A DNA stretch of 64,000 bases from Heterodontus francisci (lineage: Eukaryota): assembly GCF_036365525.1 (NCBI RefSeq), contig NC_090375.1, forward strand, positions 199,135,864-199,199,863, written 5' to 3'. Under the pieces are notes generated by a model. The model saw only the letters and a list, made by a program, of their open reading frames with translations. It ran no database searches and had not been told where the DNA came from. Shown here one piece after another: positions 35,711 through 46,890 of the stretch (within the stretch, counting starts at the first letter, position 1; each line of letters opens with the position of its first letter). A program made the position numbers and the translations under genes.

Positions 35711-35859
35711 CCTTGGTTAATCTCGTCCCTTCACATTCCCGACTGGAATAAAAACTGGACTACAAGAAGAAGTAAGCCCCTGTGTGTCTGACACATGTAC
35801 AGGTCTTCAATCCCCCTGATAAAACGGAGCCCAACAGAATATTACAAATGATCGATTTT

Positions 35860-36175
35860 TCAATTATCTACTATTCAGTTTTTTTTTCACTTTTTTCTTT
35901 TCTCAGTCCATTACCACCTCCTTTTGCCTCACACCATCATCCCTTTTCTCATTTAATCTCTCCTGCCTCCCACTCGATCACAGACATTCCCTTTTTTTCT
36001 TTCACCCAACCACCCCGCCCCTTTCTCTGAATCTATTTATGCTCAAAACCTGTCGCATTTCTAACTTTTGCCAGTTCTGACGAAATGTCATCGACCTGAA
36101 TCGTTAACTCTGTTTCTCTCTCCACAGATGCTGCCGGACCTGCTGAGTATTTCCATCATTTTCCGTTTTTATTGC
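35860..36175 (+). mobile_element. Penelope 3' UTR/pLTR with hammerhead-like motif (36072-36110) just upstream of the TRGV-D promoter
   Basis: CAGTT-CTGACGA-AATGTCATCGACCT-GAAT-CGTT-AACTC followed by GATGCTGCCGGACCTGCTGAG. Confidence 0.7.
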
Positions 36176-36218
36176 AAATAATCGATCCGGGCATCTGGAA
36201 AGAAGTGAACGAGAAGAC

Positions 36219-36272
36219 GGGGCGGGTTTAACAAAATCTCACTGATTGGGTTGTGGGAAGTGAATCATTTCC
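36219..36272 (+). promoter_or_regulatory. TRGV-D proximal promoter (GC box, inverted CCAAT, GGAAGTGAATCATTTCC quasi-palindrome)
   Basis: GGGGCGGG ~36219, CTGATTGG 36242-36249, GGAAGTGAATCATTTCC 36256-36272. Confidence 0.5.
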
Positions 36273-36327
36273 TTTTAGTTTGTAACCAGCTGGTTGAGTG
36301 AACAGTCCCTGATCCAGCAGAGTGAAC

Positions 36328-36767
36328 ATGTCACTGTATTACTGGTTCATTGTGGTGACCGTTTTTCCCTGTATGTGTTTCTGATGCTATTATTCAAATG
36401 CTGTTATTCAGTCTGCTCTGTCACGCTGTTTATTTGTAACCGTGTCTATTCGTTTCTCAGGCGGATGTTTCGCTCAAACCTTGAAACAGATTATCCCATC
36501 CGTTAGCAAAGCTGCTGGTAAAACCGGTAGATTCCAATGCGAAATACAAGGTGGCTCGGTCAGCAGCAGTAACCCCCTTCACTGGTACCAAAGCAAACCC
36601 GGCCAGGCACCCACCAGAATACTCTATTATGGGGGAAGTATATCGCGGGATCCAGGATTTGGTGAATTGTTGAAAGCTGGGAAGAGTAAAGACAATGAAT
36701 TCTACCTCACAATCGACAAAATAAAGACAGAGGACGCGGCCACTTATTACTGCGTGTATTGGGTGTA
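36328..36767 (+). CDS. TRGV: T-cell receptor gamma V gene, family D (leader 36328-36370, intron 36371-36460, V exon 36461-36767)
   Basis: MSLYYWFIVVTVFP/CGCFA; RFQCEIQGG...PLHWYQ...DAATYYCVYWV in frame. Confidence 0.88.
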
Positions 36768-36806
36768 CACAGTGTGAAACAGAAAGACAAACTCTGTACA
36801 AAAACC
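36768..36806 (+). other. Consensus 23-RSS
   Basis: CACAGTG, 23 nt, ACAAAAACC. Confidence 0.95.
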
Positions 36807-37126
36807 CTGAAGCACTCGAGCTTTAACTATCAGAGAAACCCACACACTCCTCGCCTAACCCGGCTAAGCAGCAGCGACACCACAGCTGGATTTGTCTCAA
36901 CCTTTTCTGCCCAAACCCAAGAATTGCCAAGTGATGCGATACGAGTGAAGAGTTGGTCTTTCAGAGACCGATTTCCAGGCTGTGGGATATTCGCTCAATG
37001 GCGACCGGATCAGTGTCATCCCGCGGGATGGAGCAGGCCTGCGCGGAGAGGAGGTGTTGTTTACACTGGAAGACTCAGCCAGCTCTGGTCCCATTGGAGC
37101 AGTAAAGCCGGCATCGCGGACAAACT

Positions 37127-39295
37127 TCACATGAAGTAGGAGAGGGGATTCTGGGCTTTTTTAACAGAGGCATAGAATAAAAAGCAGGGAAGTTGTATGA
37201 AACCTTTATAAAACACTGACCATGTCTATTGTGTCCAATTCTGGGCACAGCTCTATAGGAAGGATACCACTGGAGTAGGATACACTGGAGTAGTACCATG
37301 GATGAGGAATCTCAGTTCGGTAGAGAGATTAGAATAGCTGTTTTCTCTTGAGCAGAAAAGGTTAAGAGGATATTTAATAGAGTTGTTCAAAATTATGAAC
37401 ACACGAACATCCACATTCGGAGCAGGAGTAGACACTCAGCCCTTCGAGCCTCCTCCCTCATTCAATAACTTCATGGCTGAACTGATTACTCCACATTTCC
37501 ACCTACCCCCGATAACCTTCCATCCACTTGCTGATCAAGAATCTATCTCCCTCTACCTTAAAAATATCCAAAGACTCTGTTTCCACCTCCTTTTGAGGAA
37601 GAGAATTCCAAACACTCACAACCCTCTGAGAGAAAGAACTTCTCCTTATCTCTTCTTAAATGGCTGACCCCTTATTTTTAAACAGTGACCCCTGTTTCTA
37701 AATTCTGCCACAAGGGGCATCATCCTTTCCACATTCAACATATCAAGACCCCTCAGGATCTTATGTGTTTCAATCAAGTCGCCTGTTACTCTTCTAAATT
37801 CCAAAAGATACAAGCCTATCCCATCCAATCTTTCCTCGTAAGACAGCCCGACCATTCCAGGTATTAGTCTAATAAACCTTCTCTCTGCTGCCTCCAACGC
37901 ATGTACATTGTTCCTTAAATAAGGAGACCAGTACTGTACACAATACTCCAGATATGGTCTCAGCAATGCTCTGTATAGCTGAAGCATAACCTCTCGGCTC
38001 TTGTATTCAATTCCCTTTGCGATAAGTAACAATATGCTATTAGTTTTCCTAATTACGTGCTGTACATTAGTACTGACCTTTTGCAATTCATGGACTTGGA
38101 CACCCAGATCCCTCTGCATCACAGAGTTCTGCAATCTCTCACCATTTAGATAATTGGCTTCTTTTCTATTCTTCCTGCCAAAGTGGACAATTTCGCATTT
38201 TCCCACATTATACTCCATTTGCCAGGTCTTTGCCCACTCACTTAACTTATCTATATCCCTTTGTAGCCCTCTTATATCTTCTTCACAACATACATCCCTA
38301 CCTATCTTTGTGTCATCAGCAAATATAGCAACCATACCTTTGGTTCCTTCATCTAAGTCATTTACATAAATTGTAAAAAATTGCGCCCCCAGCACAGATC
38401 CCTGTGGCACAGCACTCGTTACATCTTGCCAACTAAAAAATGATCCATTTATGCCTACCCTCTGCTTACCATGAGCTAGCTAATCTTCTATCCATGCCAA
38501 TATGTTATCCACTGCACCATGAGTTTTTATTTTCCGCAATAACCTTTGATGTGGCACCTTATCAACTGCATTCTGGAAATCTAAGTACAGTACATCCACC
38601 GGTTCCCCTGTATCCACAGCACATGAAACTCCCTCAAATAACTCCAATAAATTGGTGAAACATGACTTCCCTTTCACAAAACCATGTTGACACTGCCTGA
38701 TTACCTTGAATTTATCTAAATGCCCAGCTATAACGTCTTTCACAATAGCTTCTAACATTTCCCCTAAGACAGGTGTTAACAAGCCTGTAGTTTCCTGCTT
38801 GCTATCTCCCTCCCTTTTTGAATAAAGGAGTTACATTGGCTATTTTCCAATCTAACGGAACCTTCCACAAATCTAGTGAATTTTGGAAAATTAAAACTAA
38901 CACATCAACTATCTCAGTAGCCAATTCTTTTAACACCCTCGGATGAAGTCCATCAGGACTGAAAGGTCTTGATAAAATAAATAAGGAGAAATTATTTCCA
39001 CTGCCAGGAGAGTCACTAACCAGTGTACACGGATTGAATTGGATAAGAAGCAGAGGGGTGATGAGATTTTGTTTTAGTTGGATTGAGATGTCGAGATTGG
39101 ACACACTACCTTAGTGGTGGTGATCCCATAGTAACTTTCAAAAGGAAATGGGATAAACGTTTGAAAAGGAAAAGTTTGCAGGGTTATGTGGAAAGAGCAA
39201 GGCAGTCGGATTAATTGGATCGTTTTTTCAAAAGAGCCAGCACAGGCATGATGGGCCGAATGGCCCCTTCAATGCTGTAACACTCAATGATTCTG
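37127..39295. mobile_element. Nested CR1s: old plus-strand 3' fragment split by a minus-strand CR1 (~37400-38960)
   Basis: Minus ORFs with PQGSVLG, FADDTK, YLEYCVQYWSP; plus-strand CR1 tail sequence resumes at ~38961. Confidence 0.78.
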
Positions 39296-39582
39296 TCACC
39301 TGTACATGGAATCATCAGTCCCTAAACTCCAACATGTCATGGTCAGCTCATTTACAGGAATGGATTCACATTAAAAAAGGCAGGAAACCCCATTAACTTG
39401 CTTTCTCACCACACAGATCATGAGGTGAAAGTAAATGGAGACCCAGGCTAACACCTGATCTTGACCTATGGGTCCACTTAGGTACATGGGCTACCATTAC
39501 CAAAGATGACAGCCAGAGACTCCCATTTGTTGTGTGGATTGTGGAGCACAACTGTCAGAGGCCCACCCTCCTGCCGATAAAG

Positions 39583-39980
39583 AATTTACATTTATTTCGC
39601 ACCTTTTCATCTCAGGACGTCCCAAAGTGCTTTACAGCCAACGAAGTACTTTTTCAAGTTGAGATCTGTTGTAATTAGAAAAAGTGGCTGTCAATTTGCT
39701 CACAGCAAGCTCCTGCAAACAGCAATGGATGAATAATCTATTTTAGTGACGTTGGTTGAGGGATAAATATTGGCCAGGATACCGGAGAGAACTCCCCTGG
39801 TCTTCTTCAAATAGTGCCATGGGATCTTTTACATCCACATGACAGGGCAGACAGGGCCTCAGTTTAAGGTCTCATCGAAAAGACGGCACCTCCCACAGTG
39901 CAGCACTCCCTCATTACTGCACAGTGAGCGTCAGCTTAGATTAAATGTTCAAGTCTCTGATGTGCGTCTTGGACCCACGA
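39583..39980 (-). mobile_element. Deu-type SINE
   Basis: ATAGTGCCATGGGATCTTTTAC...CAGTGCAGCACTCCCTCA core in reverse orientation. Confidence 0.6.
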
Positions 39981-40531
39981 AATTTCTAAACTGTCAATGA
40001 CCAAATTTTTAGAAACTGAAAATAATCGCCAGGTTTCTATGTCGTGTTGGAGAGCGGGGTTGAAGAAAATATGAAGGACGGAAAGTGAGAAAAAAAGCGA
40101 AAGTGTGAAACGGGGGAAATGACAAATAAATACAGTCAGCAAGACAGGACAATAAGAACTCCAGTCATATGAGAGAGCGAAACGATTAAAAGCGAATTGT
40201 TGGAGACTATAATGATTACAAACCTGCATTAATGGGAGTGAAAAACAAGAGTGAGGCAGCAATTTAATTACTTCAATTTTGTATAAAAGATGCACCGTCT
40301 GTAGTTTACAATAGGTTTGACCCACTGCGGCTCTCAACTCCTGTATAACAATGGAAAAACGCTTAACCATTGAGTAAACAGCGGCGAAGCAATGATCCAG
40401 ATCCTGAACAGATCACGGTACCACCAGGAAGTGGAACCGCTTCAGTCCGACTGCATCCGAGTTGCGAGTCATTTCCTGTTTAAGAATCTGGTTGAACAGA
40501 GCAAGTGCAACCTAATCTTCATTGCTGTAGC

Positions 40532-41226
40532 ATGGTTGTTCCACTGGTTGGTTATTGTGCTGATTCTTTCCTCCAGTAAGTGTGCCAGGAATCAGTTACA
40601 ATCATGGAATGGTTGCAGCACAGAAGGAGGCCATTCAACCTGTCGTGTACGTGCTGACTCTATGCAAGAGCAACTCACCTAGTCCTCCCTCACCCTTTCC
40701 CTGTTGCCCTGCATTTTTTCCCCTTCAGGTGTTTATCCAATTCTCTTTTGAAAGCCGCGATTGAATCTGCCTCCAGCACACTCTCAGGCACTGTATTCCA
40801 GATCCGAACCACACACTGCGTGAAAAATGCTTTTCCTCATGACATGTTGGGTTCTTTTGCCACTCGCCTTAAATTGGTGTTTGCTGCTGGTCGACACTTC
40901 CGCCAATGGGAACAATTTTACTCTATCGACTCTGATTTCTGCCTATCCTTCAAAACTATATGACTTTTCTGTGTTTTCTTTGCAGGTGAATATTTAGCCG
41001 AGGCATTGATGCAGTTTCTGATATCAAGCCTAAGACGACAATGGTCAAAATACAATGTGTGACACAAGCCACTAAAACTATTCACTGGTACCAGCAGCAA
41101 ACAAACCAGGTGCCTAGAAGAACAATCTGCTATCGCTAAAGAGGAGCAGTGTTGGACCCTGGAATCTCAGTCAAATTCTCAGCTGAGAAGAATGACTCTT
41201 CATTCCTACTTGTAATTGATAACATT
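40532..41226 (+). pseudogene. TRGV: TRGV pseudogene, family E (frameshifted leader 40532-40575, repeat-expanded intron, V exon from 40986, 3'-truncated)
   Basis: ATG-g-TTGTTCCACTGG.. (LFHWLVIVLILSS) A|GTAAGT; TTTGCAG acceptor; after a frameshift VKIQCVTQATKTIHWYQQ..CYR*(41137)RGAVLDPGISVKFSAEKNDSSFLLVIDNI; no YYC or RSS. Confidence 0.82.
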
Positions 41227-43350
41227 TGTTACGACCGGGTGAGGAAAGGGTCTCAGACTCCGCTCTTGGCCCTTTCTTGGTTTGGCCAGAACAGGGTTTA
41301 AATTTTCAAAGATGCTACTTTAGCTTCACCTCAGTGAGTCCTTGTTCACTGCTCTGCAATTGTAACTGTAAATGAACCAATCAGACAGGGTTTCTCAGGT
41401 TTAAACAAGAAAGGTGTAAGTTTATTAACCTTAACACTCTAACTCAGTTAAAGTTAATAAAATTATGCGACACAATCACACTAGTAAGCATACGCAATAC
41501 ACACACAAAAATGTATACAGAGGAGGAGAAAGAATTAAGTGGGGGGTGGGTGTGGAGTAGTAAATAGAATATAGTTACTGTCTTTGGTTTGGATGTAAAG
41601 ACCATGATTGGAGTTAAGTCCTGCAGTTCTTGCTGGGGCCCAGTGCACACTTTCAAGCTTATTTCCCTGGCACCAAAAGACTGAAGAAGTCCTCTTAAGC
41701 TGCTTCCGTGGGTCCCTGGAACTTTGCTGGAGAGAGGGAGAGAGAGAGAGGGGTGCTTTCTTCTTGAAATTCAGTTGCAGTCTGCCCCAAAACTTTTTGT
41801 GAGGCACAATTCAGTCATTTCCCAGGTTAGCTGGCAGGCCAGTCATGTTACCAGCTGTTTGTTTGAAACTGCATTGTCTGTGAGGGTTGTTGATTCTTCA
41901 AAGCTTACGAGACACACTGAGTGGGGGAGGGGATGGAGTGGAGTGCTGGGTCTTACACAGACAATGGCTCTCAATGTTTTTGGATCATCACGATTGACAA
42001 AAGCCACTCACTAACTGAATCAGGGAGCACTCCCATTGTCTTTCTATTCAACTGTCTCTCAGAATGCAAATGTGCAGCCATGTTTTCAGCCATCCAGCTC
42101 TGTGGTCTTTTTAAACAAGGTATGTTCAATGTCCAGTAAAAGTGCAAATAGTGTTCCATGTGATAAAATTGATGCGTTTGCATTTGACAAGAGTGGTTTC
42201 GTCACACCTCCACCTCTCGCCGAATGAAATGTGACATTAGTGGGAGCATTTCATTATAAATTAGAAGGAAGAGAAAGTACAGGAAAACACACATGCATTT
42301 CTCTCATTCATTCTCATTCATTCAGAAACCTTAAAATTGTTTCAGCCTGTCTTTCCTTGTAGCAGTACTCCTTTGGACTGCCCCTTTGTCCTTGAGGTAG
42401 ATCTAAGATAGTTATGTGTTGCTCAAGGGATTTAACGTTTCTTCACTATCAGGCTGCAATACGTTGGGAATGAAAATCCCAATAAACAGGCGATTTTTGG
42501 GAAGGTTTGAGGTTTGCGCATTTCCTTGATTTTCTAGGGTGTGTTTGTTCCTGTTGGGGTCTGCAGGGTGATGGTTAGATTTAATTTGCCCGGGTTTGGA
42601 GCTTTGATCATGGAAGGCGGCAGTGGGCGGATTCACTCTGATCTCCCTTTCAGTGCTCTGATGAGTCATGCAAGTGCCTTCCTCTTTAGGGTATTGTGGG
42701 TTCCTGACTGTGGTGGTGGATTCTTTGCTAATCTCATTGTCCTCTGGGACATTCCTGCATGCAGGTATTTGTCCAGATTCCACTGCACTCCCCTGGGGCA
42801 CTTCGACGAGGGAAGGCATCACCCTCACTGTTCTCTGCCTTCTTGAGGACTTTCTTTGCCACTGCAGGTTTCTGCAAATGCTGTTAGCAACCCTGGTGGG
42901 GTGCGTCTGGTGTCTGCATTTACATAGGAGGATGTGGGGCCTTATTATTCCAACAATTCGGGGTTGGCTGACCGGACAGTAGGGTCTTTCATTTGGGAAA
43001 CCTCCTGGACCTCCTTTAACCTGCCCTCTTGGTCCCTTTTCCCCTTTCTTCTCTAACGTTTAGCCAGCCCTGGGTTTGTTTGTCCCCTTTTATTCTTGTG
43101 GGGGTGACTATGAAAGGCTTTCCCCTGAGGAACTGACTTGCATATCACAGCAAATGCATCAGCCAGAACTGCGGTTGGCCTCGGTCTATGTACTTTTTGT
43201 TCCTCCATGTGGGTCTTTATGGGGAGTGGGAGAGAGTTTTTAAATTTCTCGAGGAGAATTACCTCTCTGACGTTTTCATAGCTGGGCTGCATTTTAAGAG
43301 CCCTGAAACACTGATCAAAAGCCAACTGCTTATTTCTCTCAAACTCCAAG
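41227..43350 (-). mobile_element. Gypsy-type (possibly Gmr1-like) LTR retrotransposon remnant: 3' LTR 41227-42206, PPT 42207-42221, gag fragment
   Basis: Inverted termini TGTTACGA / TCGTCACA; purine tract GGCGAGAGGTGGAGG abuts the LTR on the minus strand; capsid/SCAN-like YENVREVILLEKFKNSLP..AVLAD at 43.1-43.3 kb. Confidence 0.75.
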
Positions 43351-43360
43351 TAAGTTTGAT

Positions 43361-45673
43361 GTGCTGGCCAGCACATCAGTGCAAAAGACAAAACTGAAAC
43401 ATTTGTTACCATCTTCAGCCAGATGTACCAAGTGGATGATCCATCTCGGCCTCCTCCTGCAGTCCCCAGCATCACAGATGCCCGTCTTCAGCCAAATCGA
43501 TTCACTCTATGTGATATTAAGAAATGGCTGAGCGTACTGGATACAGCAAAGGCCACGGCCCTGACAACATCCCGGCTGTCGTGCTGAGGACTTGTGTTCC
43601 AGAGCTCGCCATCCTCCTAGCCAAGCTACTCCAGTGCAGCTGCAAAACTGTAATCAACTCGGCAATGTGGTAAATTTAACAGATAAGTCCCGTGCTCAAA
43701 AAGCAGGACAAATACAATGCAGCCAATTACTGCTACATCAATCTACTCTCAATCATCAGCAAAGTGATGGAATGTGTTTTCAACTGTGCTGTCATGCAAC
43801 ACTTACTCAGCAATCATCTGCTCAGAACCGATAAAATGTCATGACCTGAAATATTAACTCTGTTTCTCTCTCCACAGATGCTGCCTGACCTGCTGTGTAT
43901 TTCCAGCACTAACTGTTTTTGTTGCATTGTGAGAGCTCCCCTGCTCTTCATCGAAATCGTGCCATGGGATCTTTTATGTACACCTAAGAGTGCAGACAGG
44001 GCCTCGGTTTCACATCTCATCCAAAAGCCAGCACCTCTGAGAGTGCAGCACTCCCTCAGTATGGTACTGTGGTGTCGGTCTGAATTTTTGTGCTTGAGAC
44101 CTGGAGTGAGACTTAAAACCACAACCGTCTGATTCATACACAAAAGTGCTTCCAGCTGAGCCATGGCTGACACAGTCCCCATGACTCCAGGGACTTATGG
44201 ACAATGATGCAGGCTCCAGAAACATGAAGGATGGTACTGTAGGACTGCCAATGTCCTCTGACTCCCTGCACATTAGCAGAGAACCTTCAATCCCCAGTTT
44301 GCTAAACATTTAATCCTTTATGCTGCAATAAAATATCTGCCCAGTTTTTCTGCAGGATTCCGCTGATTCCTCAACCACCATCCCTGTAACCTCCTCCAGC
44401 CTTACAACTTTCCCTATTTCTGTAACCTCCTCCAACCCTACAACCCTCCCTATCTCTTTAACCTCCTGCAGCCCTACAACCCTCCCTATCTCTGTAACCT
44501 CCTCGAGCCCATTAGCCCACCTTATTTCTTTTACCTCTTCGACGCCCGACACCCCTCGCTATCACTGTAATCTCCTCTAGCCCCGACAACCCTCCCTTTC
44601 TCTGTAGATTCCTCCAACTTTGAGATCCTCTGAGATCTCTGCTCTCCTCGATTCCGGGCCTCATGTGGCTCCTGATTTTAATCATTCCACCACTGAAGGC
44701 CATGCCTTCAGCCATCTGGGCCTTATGGTCTGTTACTCCCTCCATAACCCTCCCACTTTTCCACCTCTCTCTCCTCCTTTAAAAATGCCTTCATAACCTG
44801 CCCCAGTGAGCAAGCTTTGGGCCATAATCATAGAATCATAGAACGTTTACGGAACAGAAAGAGGCAACTTGGCCCATCGTGTCTGTGCTAGCTGAAATAC
44901 GTTTCACCCATTGCAATCCCACCTTCCAGCATTTGCAGATTACGGAACTCTGGCCTAATATCTGGTATTGTCAAATTTAGTCTGTTAATGATCCGATGAA
45001 GTGTCTGAGGATGTTTTATTACATTAAATGTGCTATTTCATTAGACGTTGTTGATGCTATTGTTCAATTTATATTGTATGGACCCGATCTAAGCTCCTAA
45101 CTTAAGTAAATAGCTACAAGCAGCAGCTTCCAAGAAAGAACTCCCTGGAATGTCGTTTTCTCCCTGAAAAGCGCTCCCGGGTATCAATCCAAAAAGAACA
45201 CGAATCAGTCAACCCTGGTTTCCATGGTTATTTGATGAGCTGCCTGTTTTCAGCCTGTAAGCTGCTGCCCAACGTAATTCTGATGAAAGGCCATCCACCT
45301 GAAACGTTAACTCTGTTTCTTTCTCCACAGATACTGCCTGGCCTGCTGAGTATTTCCAGCATTTGCTGTTTATATTTCAGATTTCCAGTAAATTTGGTGC
45401 TGGGCTTCTCAGCAGCTGGGACTATTTCCCAGGTAGAGTGTGCATTAGGAAAGTGCTGTTAATGAGGTAAATCCACAATAAAAACAATGCACCTAAACAC
45501 TGCAGTTAATGTAGGAAAATGTATCTAGGCTCTTCACAGGAGCATATTCTGGCAAGAATGGACTAAAGGACTAGATAAAGTGCAAAAAGTGTGACTGAAG
45601 GTTTTCTTAAAGCAGAAGAGTGCTGGAGAGGTGGAGGGTTCTGGGCGGTAATTTTGGAGCATTGGACCCAGAT
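43361..45673 (+). repeat. Direct segmental duplication of 19311-21504 joined to 24427-24524
   Basis: Same order of LINE fragment, pLTR, SINE, minisatellite and unique sequence; lacks the CR1 insertion. Confidence 0.88.
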
Positions 45674-46890
45674 AGCTCTATCTTTTCTCCACTGGACCAG
45701 TCTCTTCCCACCTACATCCGTGACTCTTCTGATGCCCTCTGTCATTTTGACAATTTCCAGTTTCCTGGCCCCAACCGCCTCCTCTTCACTATGGACGTCC
45801 AATCTCTCTACACCTCCATCCCACACGGTTTGAGGGCTCTCCGCTTCTTTCCAGAACAGAGGCCCAACCAGCCCCCATCCACCACCACCCTCCTCTGCCT
45901 GGCTGATCTTGTTCTCACATTGAACAACTTCTCCTTCAACTCCACGCACTTCCTTCAAGTAAAAGGTGTTGCTATGGGAACCCGCATGGGTCCTAGTTAT
46001 GCCTGTCTTTTTGAGGGATATGTCGAGCATTCTTTGTTCCAGTCCTACTCAGGCCCCCTCCCCAAACTCTTTTTCCGGTACATTGATGACTGTATCGGTG
46101 CCTTTCTGGCTCCCGCTCCGAACTGGAAAACTTTATCAACTTTGCTTCCAATTTCCACCCTTCTCTCACCTTTACATGGTCCATCTCCGACACTTCCCTT
46201 CACTTCCTCGACTTCTCTATCTCCTTCTCTGGGGATAGGCTGTCTACTAATATCCATTATAAGCCCACCGACTCCTACAGCTACCTCGACTACACTTCTT
46301 CACACCCTGCCTCCTGTAAGGACTCCATTCCATTCTCCCAGTTTCTCCATCTCCGACACATCTGCTCTGATGATGCTACCTTCCATGACAGCACTTCTGA
46401 TATGTTGTCTTTTTTCCTCAACCAAGGATTCCCCCCACTGTTGTTGACAGGGCCCTCAACTGTGTCTGTCCCATTTCCCGCACCTCTAGCCTGAACCCTT
46501 CCCCTCCCTCCCAGAACCGTGACAGGGTTCGCCTTGTCCTCACTTTTCACCCCATCAGCCTCCATATCCAAAGGATCATCCTCCGCCATTTCTGCCACCT
46601 CTAGCATGATGCCACTACCAAATGCATCTTCCCCTCCCTTTCCCTGTCAGCATTCCAAATGAACCATTCCATCCGCGACACCCTGGTCCACTTCTCCATT
46701 ACCCCTACCACCTCGTCCCCTTCCCATGGCACTTTCCCCTGCAATCGCAGGAGGTGCAATACCTGCCCATTTACCTCCTCTCTCCTCACTTTCCAAGGCC
46801 CCAAACACTCCTTTCAGGCGAAGCAGCAATTTACATGTACTTCTTTCAATATAGTATACTGTATTTGTTGTTCACAATGTGGTCTCTACA
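45674..46890 (+). mobile_element. Penelope RT/thumb fragment
   Basis: LFTMDVQSLYTSIPH, GVAMGTRMGPSYA, FRYIDD, CNRRRCNTC. Confidence 0.88.

Noticed and set aside
40392-40682. Upstream in-frame ATG that could rescue the family E leader
   Set aside because: Lies upstream of the promoter motif, adds ~47 non-signal residues, and the V exon is independently broken
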